Shown here piece after piece: positions 18,591 to 30,881 of a stretch of 64,000 nucleotides of DNA; within the stretch, counting starts at the first letter, position 1; every line of letters begins with the position of its first letter. Position numbers and translations under genes: made by a program. The stretch comes from Thermoplasmata archaeon (lineage in GTDB: Archaea; Thermoplasmatota; E2; JACPAO01; JAHFTW01): NCBI GenBank assembly GCA_034667725.1, contig JAXDQS010000002.1, positions 1 to 64,000 of the forward strand. Reading direction: 5' to 3'. The notes beneath the pieces were generated by a model. It ran no database searches. It was not told the origin of the DNA and worked only from the letters and a program-made list of their open reading frames with translations.

Positions 18591-20051
18591 TTGGTCCGGT
18601 CTAGGCTTTGGATCGCGTTCGCCGTCGCGGCCCTTGCGGCGCTCCCGGCGGCCGCCGCCGACACCACCTTCGACGGCCAAGTCCAGGCCGGCGGCCTGGT
18701 GGACCTGGCCGGGACCTTGGCGGGCACGGCCAGCCTGCGCCACCTCCTCTTGGCCGAGGGCGTCGGCGAGGTCCTGTCCTTGGAGGGCGACCTGAGCGTG
18801 GAGTTCGTGGAGGAGCGCACCGTCCTGGACCTCGCCCCCGCCGACCAGCGGCTGCCCTCCGAGCCGGTCGCCGCCCACTCCGTCCAGGTCGTGGCCGGCC
18901 CCGAGACGACCTTGCTGCTGACCTCCGACGACCTGGCCGGGACCCTCGACCCCGCGACCTCCTCCTTGCGCCTCAAGCCGTACGCCGACGGCGCCCTCGC
19001 CACCCGCTTCGTGCCCACGCCCGATCCGTGGGCCGTCATGCCGAACGGCGGCTGCGGCGTCTCTGAAGGCGCCCCCGCCGCCTTGGCCGGCCCCCTCCGG
19101 ATGCTGGTGCACGCCGCCAGCCTCACGGTCGACGGCCAGCCGCGCGCGACCGGGACCGCCGGCAACGCCGCCACCCGCACCGTCACCTTCGCCGTCGTCA
19201 CCGCCAGCCACGCCAACGTGGCGCTCGCCCCCGCCGCCTGGCGCTCGTGCACGCACGCCTGGGACCTCCAGGTCCACGGCACGCTCCTGGTGCAGGACGT
19301 CCGCTACGCCGCCGACCTTGGGCCGGGCTACGTCGCCGGCGACGAGGCCCGCTTCGCCGCCGAGGGCGACCTCCGGCTGCAAGGCCGCCACGAGGGCTCC
19401 AGCTCGCTCTGGCGCATCCAGGGCACGGTCGCGTCCGTCACCGCCGGCGACGCGAAGGTGTGGGCCGCCACGGCCGCCGTCGCCACGGCCGCCGCAGGCG
19501 CCGGCGCGCTCGGCGTGCTGGCCTGGCTGCTGGCGGCGCTGCGCGCCCAGCCGTTCGACAACGGCAACCGCGTCCGCATCCTGGAGCGCATCCGCGAGGC
19601 GCCCGGCATCACCATCCAAGCCTTGCACGAGGCCAGCGGGGTGGGCACGACGACGGTGCGGTTCCACTTGCGCGTCCTGAGCCGCGAAGGCCTCGTGCAA
19701 AGCTACCGCCAAGGCATCCGCGAGCACTACGTCGCCTCCGGCGCGGCCGGCTCCCGCCTGCACCGCGTCCGCGCGGCCCTGCTTCAGCACCCGGCCCGGG
19801 CCCGCATCCACGCCGTCCTGGCCGCCTCGCACGGCCCGCTCGACTACGCCGCCTTCGCGCGCCACTGGGCGCAGCGCGGCGAGGAAGCCCTGTCCCGGCC
19901 GCTCACGGAATACCATCTCAAGCTGCTGGCGCAGCAGGGCCTCGTCGAGCGGGTCATGCCCGGCGCCCGCTGGCGGCTGGCGCCCGAGCAGCCCGGCCCG
20001 CCGCACCTGGCCACCGTCCCCGCCCCGGCGGCCGCGGGGGTGCCGGCGTGA
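18591..20051 (+). CDS. Membrane-anchored winged-helix regulator (ectodomain + TM + tandem wHTH)
   Basis: Signal peptide, TM near aa 300-320, NRVRILERIREAPG...RFHLRVL and second YHLKLL wHTH; TATA-like CTTTAGTA ~25 nt upstream of TTG start. Confidence 0.75.
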   Translation: MVRSRLWIAFAVAALAALPAAAADTTFDGQVQAGGLVDLAGTLAGTASLRHLLLAEGVGEVLSLEGDLSVEFVEERTVLDLAPADQRLPSEPVAAHSVQVVAGPETTLLLTSDDLAGTLDPATSSLRLKPYADGALATRFVPTPDPWAVMPNGGCGVSEGAPAALAGPLRMLVHAASLTVDGQPRATGTAGNAATRTVTFAVVTASHANVALAPAAWRSCTHAWDLQVHGTLLVQDVRYAADLGPGYVAGDEARFAAEGDLRLQGRHEGSSSLWRIQGTVASVTAGDAKVWAATAAVATAAAGAGALGVLAWLLAALRAQPFDNGNRVRILERIREAPGITIQALHEASGVGTTTVRFHLRVLSREGLVQSYRQGIREHYVASGAAGSRLHRVRAALLQHPARARIHAVLAASHGPLDYAAFARHWAQRGEEALSRPLTEYHLKLLAQQGLVERVMPGARWRLAPEQPGPPHLATVPAPAAAGVPA

Positions 20052-20770
20052 AGCTGCCCCTCCTGCTGGCGCTGCTGGCGCTGGCCGGCTGCACCACGCC
20101 CGCGCCGCCGCCCGGGCCGATCGAGGACCCGTTCCCCGCCGCCGCCATCGCGCCGCTCTTGTCGCTCGAAGGCTGCGAGGTCGTGCAGGTCACCCATTAC
20201 GTGCCCGCCGCCACGGTCCAGGACCGCCTGCCCGCCGGCTACGTCCTCACCCAGGAGCTGGCTGGCGTCGCCACCCGCCTCACCGTGTGCGCGCGCGGCA
20301 GCCTCGAGGACAGGACCCTCGCGGCGCCGTCGATGGTGCTCAGCTTCGTCGACGTCCAGCCGCCAGCCGGCGCCAACGCCACGTCCGAGCATCGCTTCGC
20401 GCTCGACCTGGCCGTCGACCCGCCGGCGCTGGCGGACTGGTTCGCCGCCCGGGGCGCAAGCGCCCGGCCCGGCCTCGTGCTGCGCACGGCCGGCCCGCCG
20501 GAGCGCTTCGTCCACGAGTCGGCGGCGGCCGCCTACGGCGCCACCGTGCTGCCGGGCGTCGCCGACGCCGCCGAGCCTCGCCACTTCCTCCTGCATCTCC
20601 CCGGCCCAGGCAACCCCGTCGCGCTGGACGTCCGCATGGACGACCAGGGCGAGCTCGCCGCCGCCCTGTTCGAGGCCGAGCGCGGTCCATTGGCCGACCT
20701 CGGGACCCTCCCCCTCTCTGCCGCCCCTGCCAGCCGCTTCGCCTCGGCGGAAAGCTGGACCCCGACGTGA
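20048..20770 (+). CDS. Hypothetical lipoprotein
   Basis: LALAGC lipobox; GTGA overlap with upstream stop. Confidence 0.75.
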   Translation: MKLPLLLALLALAGCTTPAPPPGPIEDPFPAAAIAPLLSLEGCEVVQVTHYVPAATVQDRLPAGYVLTQELAGVATRLTVCARGSLEDRTLAAPSMVLSFVDVQPPAGANATSEHRFALDLAVDPPALADWFAARGASARPGLVLRTAGPPERFVHESAAAAYGATVLPGVADAAEPRHFLLHLPGPGNPVALDVRMDDQGELAAALFEAERGPLADLGTLPLSAAPASRFASAESWTPT

Positions 20771-20775
20771 GACCC

Positions 20776-21435
20776 ATGCGCACCACAACCCTTGCCCTTG
20801 CCCTGCTCCTCGCACTGCCCGCCGTCGCCGCCGACCCCTTGCCCGTGTCCGTGGCGACGCCCGCCCCGCAGGACTGCGTCTCGAACCAGCCGATCCAGGC
20901 CGGCGACGAGCCGCTCTGGCGCTACGAGGACAACGGCGGCTCGTTCGTCGCCGGCGTCCGCGACGACGTCCAGCAGCAGTGGGACCTGGTCACCAACGAC
21001 TGCGCCCTCCTCGGCTTCGTGTTCGCCTGCAACGCCATCGCGGACGTGGACCCGAGGTTCTCGATGCCGGCGTGCTACACGGTGGCCGACCTCGCGGACC
21101 GGATGGTCTACGACGGCGCCATGCAGGTGTTCGGGGCGGCGAACAACACCCTGCTGATGGGCCGGCCGGTGTGCGACTTCACCGCCGCCTACTACGGCGC
21201 CGGGCCGTGGTCATGCCTCAACGGCACCGAGCGCGTCGTGGACGACGTCCCGCTGCCGCCGGTTCGCGGTCCCCCCTTGCCCGTCCGCGCCGGCGTCGGT
21301 TCCGACGGCGTCTGGGCGCGGGCGCAGGTCGGCGACAGCGAGTTCAGCCTGGCCGTCCCGTTCCCGTTGGATGGACCCGGCTCGCCGGTCCCGGTGGTGC
21401 GCGGGCCGCTCGGGCTGCCGATCCTTCGGGCTTGA
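20776..21435 (+). CDS. Hypothetical secreted protein, Cys-containing
   Basis: Signal peptide MRTTTLALALLLALPAVAA. Confidence 0.7.
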   Translation: MRTTTLALALLLALPAVAADPLPVSVATPAPQDCVSNQPIQAGDEPLWRYEDNGGSFVAGVRDDVQQQWDLVTNDCALLGFVFACNAIADVDPRFSMPACYTVADLADRMVYDGAMQVFGAANNTLLMGRPVCDFTAAYYGAGPWSCLNGTERVVDDVPLPPVRGPPLPVRAGVGSDGVWARAQVGDSEFSLAVPFPLDGPGSPVPVVRGPLGLPILRA

Positions 21436-23391
21436 TCAGCCGCGGAAGATGGGCCGCTGCGACAGCAGGACCGGCAGCGGCAGCGGCGCGCGCGGCTCGT
21501 CGCCGGTGTTCATGTTGCACACCTCGACGATGCGCTCGATGCTGATCGCCATGTCCGGGGCCGCGCCGCCCGCCATGAGGTAGTCCGCGCGGCGGCTGCG
21601 GGGCACGAACTTCTGCGACTCGGCCTCCTTCTGGCCGACCACGACGATGAGCGGCACCCAGTCCTGCTCGGCGAGCGCGATCTTCTTGCCGACGCCGTTG
21701 GAGGAGTCGTCCACGTCGGCGCGGAAGCCGGCCTTGTTGACCTCGCCGGCGAGGCGGAGGCACTCGTCCAGGAACGAGTCGTTGAGGGGCAGGAAGCGGA
21801 CCTGGGTGGGCGCCAGCCAGAACGGCAGGCAGGGCTTCTTGCCGGCCTTGGCCTCCATCGCCTGGTGCTCCAGGATGGCGCACAGGTTGCGGTCGATGGC
21901 GCCGGACAGGCTGGCGTGCAGCAGGAACGGGGTCTTGCGCGATCCGTCCTGGGCCGTGTACTGGATGCCGAAGTTCTCCGGGTTCTGGGTGTCGATCTGG
22001 ACCGTGCTCAGGGCGAACGCCTTGTTGACGGTGTCGTTGAAGTTGAACTCGAACTTCATGACGAAGTAGAACGACTGAGACTCCCACATCTCCACCAGGA
22101 CGGGCTGGTTGACGGTCTTGGCGAGGCTGGTGGCGAACTCCTTGTTCTGCTCGTAGAAGCCCTTGACGAAGCGGACGGCGGTCTCGTAGGGGACCTCAAG
22201 GGCGTCCATCCAGGCCTTGCTGCGGTCGAACTGGCGCTTGAACTCCTCGCGCGCCTGCTCCAGGTCCGCGACCAGGGTGTGCATGTCGGGCATGGTGAAG
22301 CACCGCAGCCGCTTGATGCCGGCCGTCTCGCCCGACTGCTCGCGGCGGAACGAGTAGTGCGTCAGCTCGTAGATCCGCGCCGGCAGGTGGCGGTAGCTGA
22401 GGCTGGCGCGGCCCATCGTGAGGTACATGCCGAAGCAGGCGGCGAAGCGCAGGAACAATTCCTTGTCGTCCGACTGGATGCGGTACTGCCGGGCGGGGAA
22501 CTTGTTGAGGTACTTGTTCAGGGCCGGGTGGTGGACGTCGTACATGATCGGCGTCTCGATCTGCAGGCCGCCGGCGTCGCGGCAGATGCGGTTGATCTTC
22601 TCCTCCAGCAGGCGCTTGATGAGCTGGCCCTTGGGGAACCAGCGCATGTTGCCCGAGTCGGAGCCGGGCTCGTAGTCCACCAGCTCCATGCCCTGCATCA
22701 GCGGGATGTGCGCGGGCTCGGAGTCCGCCTTGCGGCTGCCGCCGTGCTCGTAGGCGTAGAACTTGGCCAGGCCGGGCCAGGGCGTGAAGTCGAACTGGGC
22801 CGCCGGCACCAGCGACCCGTCCGGCGACAGCACGAACCACTGCGACTTGAGGCTCTTCTCCGCCTTGAGGGCCTGGTTCTGCGACTCGTCGTCGATGGGG
22901 CCGGTGGCCTTGGCGCTGGTCTTGGCCTGCTCCTGGGCCGCCGACACGGTGGCGCTGACGGCGACCCCGTCGGGCAGGACATGACGGGACAGCTCGGAGA
23001 GCGGGTGGCCCTTGCACTTGATGCTGAAGGCCTTGTACCAGCCGAAGGGGCTCCTCGCGACCGTGAAGGTGGCCGGCAGCGCCGCGGCCAGGCGGGGCAG
23101 GGCCTCCAGCGCGACGGCGGGCGACGCCAGGTCGTTGGACAGGTGGGCGTACGGGTAGAGCATGACCTTCTGGGTCTTGACCTGGTCCGCCACCTTGACG
23201 ATCTCCGCCGCCGCCTTCTGCACCGAGGACGCCAGGTTGGCCTCGTCGGCCTTCTCCACCGACACGAAGACGCACAGGCACTCCTCCATGCGGCCGGCCT
23301 TCTCGGCGTCCGCCAGCTCGGGCGCCGACTTCAGGGCCTTCTTGGTGGCCGTGTACTCGATGAAGTCGGAATGAACGAGGAGGAGCTTCAC
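21436..23391 (-). CDS. thrS: Threonyl-tRNA synthetase, archaeal type
   Basis: KLLLVHSD, YPYAHLS, PFGWYKAF..KCKGHPLSELSR editing domain; LRFAACFG; PDMH. Confidence 0.97.
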   Translation of the reverse strand: MKLLLVHSDFIEYTATKKALKSAPELADAEKAGRMEECLCVFVSVEKADEANLASSVQKAAAEIVKVADQVKTQKVMLYPYAHLSNDLASPAVALEALPRLAAALPATFTVARSPFGWYKAFSIKCKGHPLSELSRHVLPDGVAVSATVSAAQEQAKTSAKATGPIDDESQNQALKAEKSLKSQWFVLSPDGSLVPAAQFDFTPWPGLAKFYAYEHGGSRKADSEPAHIPLMQGMELVDYEPGSDSGNMRWFPKGQLIKRLLEEKINRICRDAGGLQIETPIMYDVHHPALNKYLNKFPARQYRIQSDDKELFLRFAACFGMYLTMGRASLSYRHLPARIYELTHYSFRREQSGETAGIKRLRCFTMPDMHTLVADLEQAREEFKRQFDRSKAWMDALEVPYETAVRFVKGFYEQNKEFATSLAKTVNQPVLVEMWESQSFYFVMKFEFNFNDTVNKAFALSTVQIDTQNPENFGIQYTAQDGSRKTPFLLHASLSGAIDRNLCAILEHQAMEAKAGKKPCLPFWLAPTQVRFLPLNDSFLDECLRLAGEVNKAGFRADVDDSSNGVGKKIALAEQDWVPLIVVVGQKEAESQKFVPRSRRADYLMAGGAAPDMAISIERIVEVCNMNTGDEPRAPLPLPVLLSQRPIFRG

Positions 23392-23487
23392 GCTGGCGCG
23401 AGCCGGCCACGACTCAAAGGAGTGCCGGCGCCGTTTCGGGAGGAGGCCACCGCAAACCTGAATCGCCGAGGCCCGGCTGGAGCGGCC

Positions 23488-24360
23488 ATGCGCGCCCTGG
23501 CCCTCCTGGCCGTCGCCCTCCTCCTGGCCGGCTGCACCGGCGGCCTGCTGCGGGAGGCGGGCACCCCCACCAAGCCGGAGCCCGTCGCCTACGTCCCCAC
23601 CGGCTGGGCGGACATCGAGACGGCGCGCATCCGGCCCGGCGTCCAGGTCATCACCCCGGGCGTCGGCGTCTGCACCTCCAACTTCCTGTACCGCGGCCCG
23701 GACAACGCCACCCTCTACCTCGGGGTCGCGGCGCACTGCTTCGGCAACGAGACCCAGACCCCCTTGGGCTCGCCCGTCACCATCAACGGCATCGCCAGCG
23801 CCGGGACCATCGCCTACTCAGGGTGGAAGGACGGCATCGTCGCCAACCAGGACCTCGGCCTGGTCGCCATCGCCAACCGCGCCGGCGCCCGCGGCCAAGT
23901 CCACCCGGCGGTGCTGGAGTTCGGCGGCCCCACCAGCCTTGGCGACCTGGCGGCGCAACTGCCTGGCACCCAGGTCATCACCTACGGCAACTCGCCCCAG
24001 CGCGCCAAAGGCCACCCCGACAACCCGCGCGAGGGCCACATCTACACCATCACCGAGGACCGCCAAGCCATGGTCCTCACCGACAGCCCGGGCATCCACG
24101 GCGACTCCGGCTCCGGCCTCATGGACGCGACGGGGGTCGCCCTCGGCGTGCTCTCCACCGCCATGTTCCTGCCGCTCGACATGTACGAGGAGGCCGAGAA
24201 GCCGGCCGTGAACTACTACGTCTCCGTGATGGACAACCTGCAGCTCGCCGGCGAGCGCGACCCGGCGCTGGCAGGGCTGGAGGTCGTGACCTGGCCGCTC
24301 GTGCACGGGCCGAACGGGCCGGTGTCGCTGCCGGGGCCGGTGCCCCCCCTCCCTCCGTAG
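23488..24360 (+). CDS. Trypsin-like (PA clan) serine protease lipoprotein
   Basis: LLAGC lipobox; AAHC, DLGLV, GDSGS triad motifs. Confidence 0.85.
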   Translation: MRALALLAVALLLAGCTGGLLREAGTPTKPEPVAYVPTGWADIETARIRPGVQVITPGVGVCTSNFLYRGPDNATLYLGVAAHCFGNETQTPLGSPVTINGIASAGTIAYSGWKDGIVANQDLGLVAIANRAGARGQVHPAVLEFGGPTSLGDLAAQLPGTQVITYGNSPQRAKGHPDNPREGHIYTITEDRQAMVLTDSPGIHGDSGSGLMDATGVALGVLSTAMFLPLDMYEEAEKPAVNYYVSVMDNLQLAGERDPALAGLEVVTWPLVHGPNGPVSLPGPVPPLPP

Positions 24361-24419
24361 CGGCCGGCCGCTTCGCCGCTTCGCCCGCTGCTTTCATATC
24401 GAGCCCCCTTGCGGCGACC

Positions 24420-25076
24420 GTGAAGGTGGCCTTGGTCCTCAACGGCGACGAGCCGGGGCCGGACGAGGTCAAGCTGCTGCGTGCCTGCGACGCCATCGTG
24501 TGCGCGGACGGGGCGGCCCAAGCCCTCCTGAAGACCGACCGGCCGCCCACCGTCATCGTCGGCGACCTCGACTCCCTCAAGCCGGACGCCTACAAGTGGG
24601 CCGACGCGCTCGACATCCCGATCGAGCGGCACGCCGCCGAGAAGGACCAGATCGACGGGGAACTGGCGCTGGAGAAGGCGGTCTCGCTGGGCGCCACCTC
24701 GATCCTCGTCATGGGGGCGCACGGGGGCCGGAGCGCGATGTTCCTGGCCAACCTCAAGATCCTGCGCCGCGCCCACGACCTCGGGCTGGAGGCCAGCATG
24801 GTCGGCAAGGGCGAGTCGATCCGCTACATCACGGCCGGCGGCGAGTGGGCCTTGGCGGGCCGGGCCGGCGCCACCCTGAACCTGCTGTCGGTGGACGGCG
24901 ACGCGGTCGTGAGCCTGGAGGGCACCAGCTGGGACGGCAAGGACATCACGCTCCCCCGCAAGGAGGCCAAGGGCCTCAGCAACAAGGTGCAGTCCGACGG
25001 CGCCCGCATCCGGGTCCACTCGGGCACCGTGCTTGCCGTCGTCGAGCGCAAGCGCCAGGAATACCATATCCTCTAA
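24420..25076 (+). CDS. thiN: Thiamine pyrophosphokinase
   Basis: CADGA, IVGDLDS, EKDQIDGELAL, GGR, GLSN. Confidence 0.9.
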   Translation: MKVALVLNGDEPGPDEVKLLRACDAIVCADGAAQALLKTDRPPTVIVGDLDSLKPDAYKWADALDIPIERHAAEKDQIDGELALEKAVSLGATSILVMGAHGGRSAMFLANLKILRRAHDLGLEASMVGKGESIRYITAGGEWALAGRAGATLNLLSVDGDAVVSLEGTSWDGKDITLPRKEAKGLSNKVQSDGARIRVHSGTVLAVVERKRQEYHIL

Positions 25077-25100
25077 AACCGCCCTTCACTGGCCGCCGCC

Positions 25101-25475
25101 ATGGTGACCGTGGGCAGGGGCGTCCTGGACCCCGCCGTGCACGAGTTCTTCGACGGCGTGCGAAGCTACGACGCCAAGCGCGCCGCCGTCCCGCTGGCCG
25201 AGGACGTCGACTTCGAGTCGCCGTGGAGCGGGCGCCTCACGGGCCGCGCCGCGGTCGAGGCGTTCCTCAAGGCGTGGCTGGCGGACGCGCAGAAGCGCCC
25301 GACCTTCAGCATCATCGACGTGGCCGGCGACGGCGCCGTCACCCGCATGAAGGTGTCCGTCTCCGGCCGCTTCGGCAAGGCGCCGGAGCACTACACGCTG
25401 GAGGCGCTCTGCCTCAAGCACGTCCTGCACCACGTGGCGTTCCGGCCGGTGGGCGGGCCGGCTCCCGGCCACTAG
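25101..25475 (+). CDS. NTF2/SnoaL-like protein
   Basis: LAEDVDFESP...GRAAV pattern. Confidence 0.75.
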   Translation: MVTVGRGVLDPAVHEFFDGVRSYDAKRAAVPLAEDVDFESPWSGRLTGRAAVEAFLKAWLADAQKRPTFSIIDVAGDGAVTRMKVSVSGRFGKAPEHYTLEALCLKHVLHHVAFRPVGGPAPGH

Positions 25476-25531
25476 GACAGGCAAGCGCAACCTCCGACAC
25501 GGATTTGAACGGCCGTCGGGATGGCGCGGCC

Positions 25532-26734
25532 GTGCGCCGCATCGCTTCCGTCCTCCTCCTGGTCGTCCTGGCTTGCCTTCCCGCCGTCCAGGCCGGCTCC
25601 GCGACCGACCCCGAGATCACCGACCCCGCCGGGGACGGCGATTCCTCCTACTCAGGAGCCGCCGGCCAGCGCGACCTGGTGGCCGTCTGGATCGACGACG
25701 CCTTGGTGGACGTCGAGGGCGGCAAGGCGTTCCGGCTGCACGCCCTCAACAGCGAGGACATCGACCACTGGGGCTCGCTCCTGGCCGTCCACGAGCGCAT
25801 CCGCGTCGGCTTCGTCCCGACCGCCGGCCTGGCCGACGGGGCCGTCGAGGCCTACGTCTACATCCGCCCGAGCGTTGCCACCAGCAGCGGCGGCACGCCC
25901 GGCACGGAGTTCGTGACCTGCCGCGGCGGCTTCGCGACGGCGGCGGGCGGCTCCGAGAACATCAACACCGAGGCGACCTTCACGGCGTCGTTCGCGGGCG
26001 CCGAGTTCGTCTGCGACGTCCCGCTCAGCTTCCTGCCCGGCTTCGACCCGGCCGCCGGCGGCCGCCTCAACGGCCTGTACGCCACCTTCGAGGTCGTCAG
26101 CCGCGGCCCCGTGTCGGGCAACCCGCCGGGCTCCGAGGTCAACCCCCCGCGCGTCCTGGAGACCGCCGACCGTGCGCCCGACGACGGCGTTGGCCGCCCC
26201 TGGCCCGCCCCTGGCAGCCTGCCGGCCGGGGACGCAGGCCTCAATCTCACCCTGAAGGGCGCCGCCGTCGAGTTCGGCGGCTCGTTCCCGAACGCCACCA
26301 CCCGCGTCGACCGCTACTCCTGGCCGGACGCCGGCGCCACCATCCGCCTGGCCTACAACGCCACCGTCGAGGCCGGCACGCTCCGCCTCGTCGCGATGAA
26401 GGCCGACGGCACCGAGCTCCTGAACCGGAGCGTCTCGGCCACCGGCTCCAGCAACGCCACCCTTTCCGGCACGGGCGGGAACCTCACCTTCGAGGTCCGC
26501 TACGAGGGCTTCAAGGGGATGTTGAGCGCCTCGGCGGGCCCCGTCTCGGGCACGACCACCACGCCCACGACGGGGAGCGGCACGACGCCGACCGGCACGG
26601 GCGGCAGCAGCACGGGCACCGGCGGCAGCCAAGGCAGCGGCAGCGCCTCGGGCACGGACACCGAGGGCGCGCCCCACCTTGGGGTGGCGGCGCTGGCCTT
26701 GGTGCTGGCCTTCGCGGCGCGCCGGAAGCGCTGA
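25532..26734 (+). CDS. Cell-surface protein with Thr/Gly/Ser linker and C-terminal anchor
   Basis: Signal peptide, PEITDPAGD, several NxT/S sequons, TG-rich linker, AP + hydrophobic helix + RRKR. Confidence 0.8.
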   Translation: MRRIASVLLLVVLACLPAVQAGSATDPEITDPAGDGDSSYSGAAGQRDLVAVWIDDALVDVEGGKAFRLHALNSEDIDHWGSLLAVHERIRVGFVPTAGLADGAVEAYVYIRPSVATSSGGTPGTEFVTCRGGFATAAGGSENINTEATFTASFAGAEFVCDVPLSFLPGFDPAAGGRLNGLYATFEVVSRGPVSGNPPGSEVNPPRVLETADRAPDDGVGRPWPAPGSLPAGDAGLNLTLKGAAVEFGGSFPNATTRVDRYSWPDAGATIRLAYNATVEAGTLRLVAMKADGTELLNRSVSATGSSNATLSGTGGNLTFEVRYEGFKGMLSASAGPVSGTTTTPTTGSGTTPTGTGGSSTGTGGSQGSGSASGTDTEGAPHLGVAALALVLAFAARRKR

Positions 26735-26743
26735 ACCGAAAGG

Positions 26744-26786
26744 CCCCCGCCCGCGCGTTGGGTGGGCAAGAGTCACGGGCGGGGGT
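26744..26786. terminator. Inverted repeat between convergent genes
   Basis: cccccgcccg ... cgggcggggg. Confidence 0.4.
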
Positions 26787-26848
26787 TGGGGAAAGACCGC
26801 CCGCCAACGAATATCAACTTCGTGGGGGCGTTGTCGATCCTCGACGGG

Positions 26849-27052
26849 TCAACGGGACGCGCGGGCCTTCGCCAGCGCGCGGCGGGCACGGGCCTCGAGC
26901 CGGTGCTCGACCTGGACGACCTTGGGCTTGAAGCGGACGAACCAGCCGTGCAGCGACTCGCCCATGCGATGCTCGGCGGCGACGGCCTGCTTGCGGAGTC
27001 GGTCGGCATCGTGGCGGAGCGCCTTCGAGAGGCTGGCAATGCGGCGGGCCAT
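26849..27052 (-). CDS. Small basic helical hypothetical protein
   Basis: ATG downstream of dnaK; plausible codon use. Confidence 0.45.
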   Translation of the reverse strand: MARRIASLSKALRHDADRLRKQAVAAEHRMGESLHGWFVRFKPKVVQVEHRLEARARRALAKARASR

Positions 27053-27099
27053 GCCGTCGGATTGGCAGGCCGGGGCTATTTCAGCGCGGCCGCAAACCT

Positions 27100-28977
<1,878 letters not shown>

Positions 28978-29275
28978 GGTCTTTCCTCACCTGCTGGCAA
29001 ATGGTGAGTCAGGACTTCTATAAGAGCATGATGCTGGCGGTCTGAGGTGTCCAGTTCCGCGGCTTCTGGCTGGCCTGGGCCTATGGCCCAGTAAGGCGTC
29101 AATGCATTGAACCAATCTATCGGCCCACGACGCCCTGGTCCCGGCCCCCTCCTTTTCAAGTCCAACCACCCAGTGAAACACCCCTCCACTCCTGGTGAAC
29201 TCAGCACAGCCGACAACAACGACTTCCGCGAACGCCGTCCAACGGGCTGTAACCCACCCCCGCCTGGACCTCGCC

Positions 29276-30079
29276 ATGAAGCGCTTCGTCGCCCTGCGCA
29301 TCCGCAGCCCTGATGCGTGCTACTCCCACCCGCAGTTGAGCATCCGGGCGTGCCGCTTCGACCTGGCCCCCTTCCGGGTCCGAGAGCAGCGGAAACTTGC
29401 CATCTGGAAGGCTCGGCCGGAGGCGCGGGCGGCCTGGGACTTCGACGCCGATTTCATGGAGGGCGCGGTCTTGGTGACGTACGGTCAATCCACGGACCAG
29501 TTGCACGCCGAGCTTCGACGGTACGGGTTGGGTTTGGCGGTCGACCAGGTCGTCGTGGACGCGCAGGAGTTCTTCCACCTCGACCCCAGCCTCACCAAAG
29601 CCGCCCTCAAAGCCGGATTCAAGGCGCCCCGCAGCGAAGCGGAGGCCGCCCGTGCCACAGCGAGGCTGTTCAGCAAGCACTGGAACCCGATCGTGGAGTT
29701 CAAGCTCGACTCCCACCCCGCCCACCGCTCCTCTTGGCCCGCCGATTATGGGGACGTCTTCGTGCGGGATGCCCAGAACCAGGTCCGTCTCACCAAGGGC
29801 GAGTATGCCGGGTGGACGGTCGTGGACGCGTACCTGGAAGGATACGAGTTCCAGGATTTGACCCACGACGCCCGCACCTTGGCAATGATCCTGGCTGAGG
29901 CGCCGAAGGCGCCGTGGCCGCCGCGCCCCGCCGCCCCCCTCTACCGGCGGTTGGACGCCTTCGATAAGTGGTTCACGGACGCCGAAGCCTGGCTCACCAC
30001 CGCCCAAGGCAAGCACGACCAAGTGCCCATCCTGCGAGACCAATTGTTGCGACTGCGCCGCGACCTGGAGGGCATCTAG
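29276..30079 (+). CDS. Inactive DEDDh exonuclease-like paralogue 1
   Basis: Aligns by eye with 30881-31648; Exo I DxE replaced by RxR (ALRIRSPD); retains DQVVVD and KGEYAGW. Confidence 0.7.
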   Translation: MKRFVALRIRSPDACYSHPQLSIRACRFDLAPFRVREQRKLAIWKARPEARAAWDFDADFMEGAVLVTYGQSTDQLHAELRRYGLGLAVDQVVVDAQEFFHLDPSLTKAALKAGFKAPRSEAEAARATARLFSKHWNPIVEFKLDSHPAHRSSWPADYGDVFVRDAQNQVRLTKGEYAGWTVVDAYLEGYEFQDLTHDARTLAMILAEAPKAPWPPRPAAPLYRRLDAFDKWFTDAEAWLTTAQGKHDQVPILRDQLLRLRRDLEGI

Positions 30080-30080
30080 C

Positions 30081-30881
30081 ATGCAAGCCCCACCCCCGAA
30101 GCGCTTCGTCGCAGTGCGCACCCGCAGTCCGGATGCCTGCTACACCCACCCGCGCTTGAACATCCAGGTCTGCCACTTCGACTTGGACCCCTTCCGCGTC
30201 GTTGCTGAACGCCGCCTCTCCTTGACGCCGACGGGGGCGTGGGGCATCAACGCCGACTTCCTGGAAGACTCGGTCCTCGTGACGTACGGCCAGGACCTGG
30301 CGTGGCTCAACACGCGCATGCGCGTCGGCGGCATGGACCTCCGCCCGGACCAGGTCGTCGTCGACGTCCAGAAGTTCTGGCACCTCGACCCGTCCCTCCT
30401 CATGGCGGCCAAGAAGGCCGGAATCAAGACGCCTAAGAGCGAGGTGGACGCGGCCCGCGTCATCGCGGAATTGTTCGCCAAGAAGCACGACCCACGCTTG
30501 CAGGCTCACCTTGCCCAGCACCCCGGCATGCGGGAAACCGACTACGAGGGCGCCTTCAGGCGGGACCGCCGCAACCTGATTCGCCTCCAGAAAGGCAAGT
30601 ACAAGGGCTGGAGCGTCCCGGACGCCTACCTGGACGGCTACGACTTCCAGGACCTCAACCAGGACGCCCGCAGCCTGGCCGCCGTCCTCGTCGAGGATCC
30701 GGCCTCCTATGCGGTGCCTGCCATGACGGCGCACCTGCAAGAGGTCGCCAAGGAGCTCGACGAGTGGATGGAGATGGCCACGGCTTGGATCCAGAGTCCC
30801 GCTGCCTTGCGCAAGCCGCTGCTCTACAGCGCCTTGCGGGGCCAGCTTATCCTGATCCGCCACACCCTGGGGGAATTCTGA
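30081..30881 (+). CDS. Inactive DEDDh exonuclease-like paralogue 2
   Basis: Closely similar to paralogue 1 (AVRTRSPD, DQVVVD, KGKYKGW, DAYLDGYDFQDL). Confidence 0.7.
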   Translation: MQAPPPKRFVAVRTRSPDACYTHPRLNIQVCHFDLDPFRVVAERRLSLTPTGAWGINADFLEDSVLVTYGQDLAWLNTRMRVGGMDLRPDQVVVDVQKFWHLDPSLLMAAKKAGIKTPKSEVDAARVIAELFAKKHDPRLQAHLAQHPGMRETDYEGAFRRDRRNLIRLQKGKYKGWSVPDAYLDGYDFQDLNQDARSLAAVLVEDPASYAVPAMTAHLQEVAKELDEWMEMATAWIQSPAALRKPLLYSALRGQLILIRHTLGEF

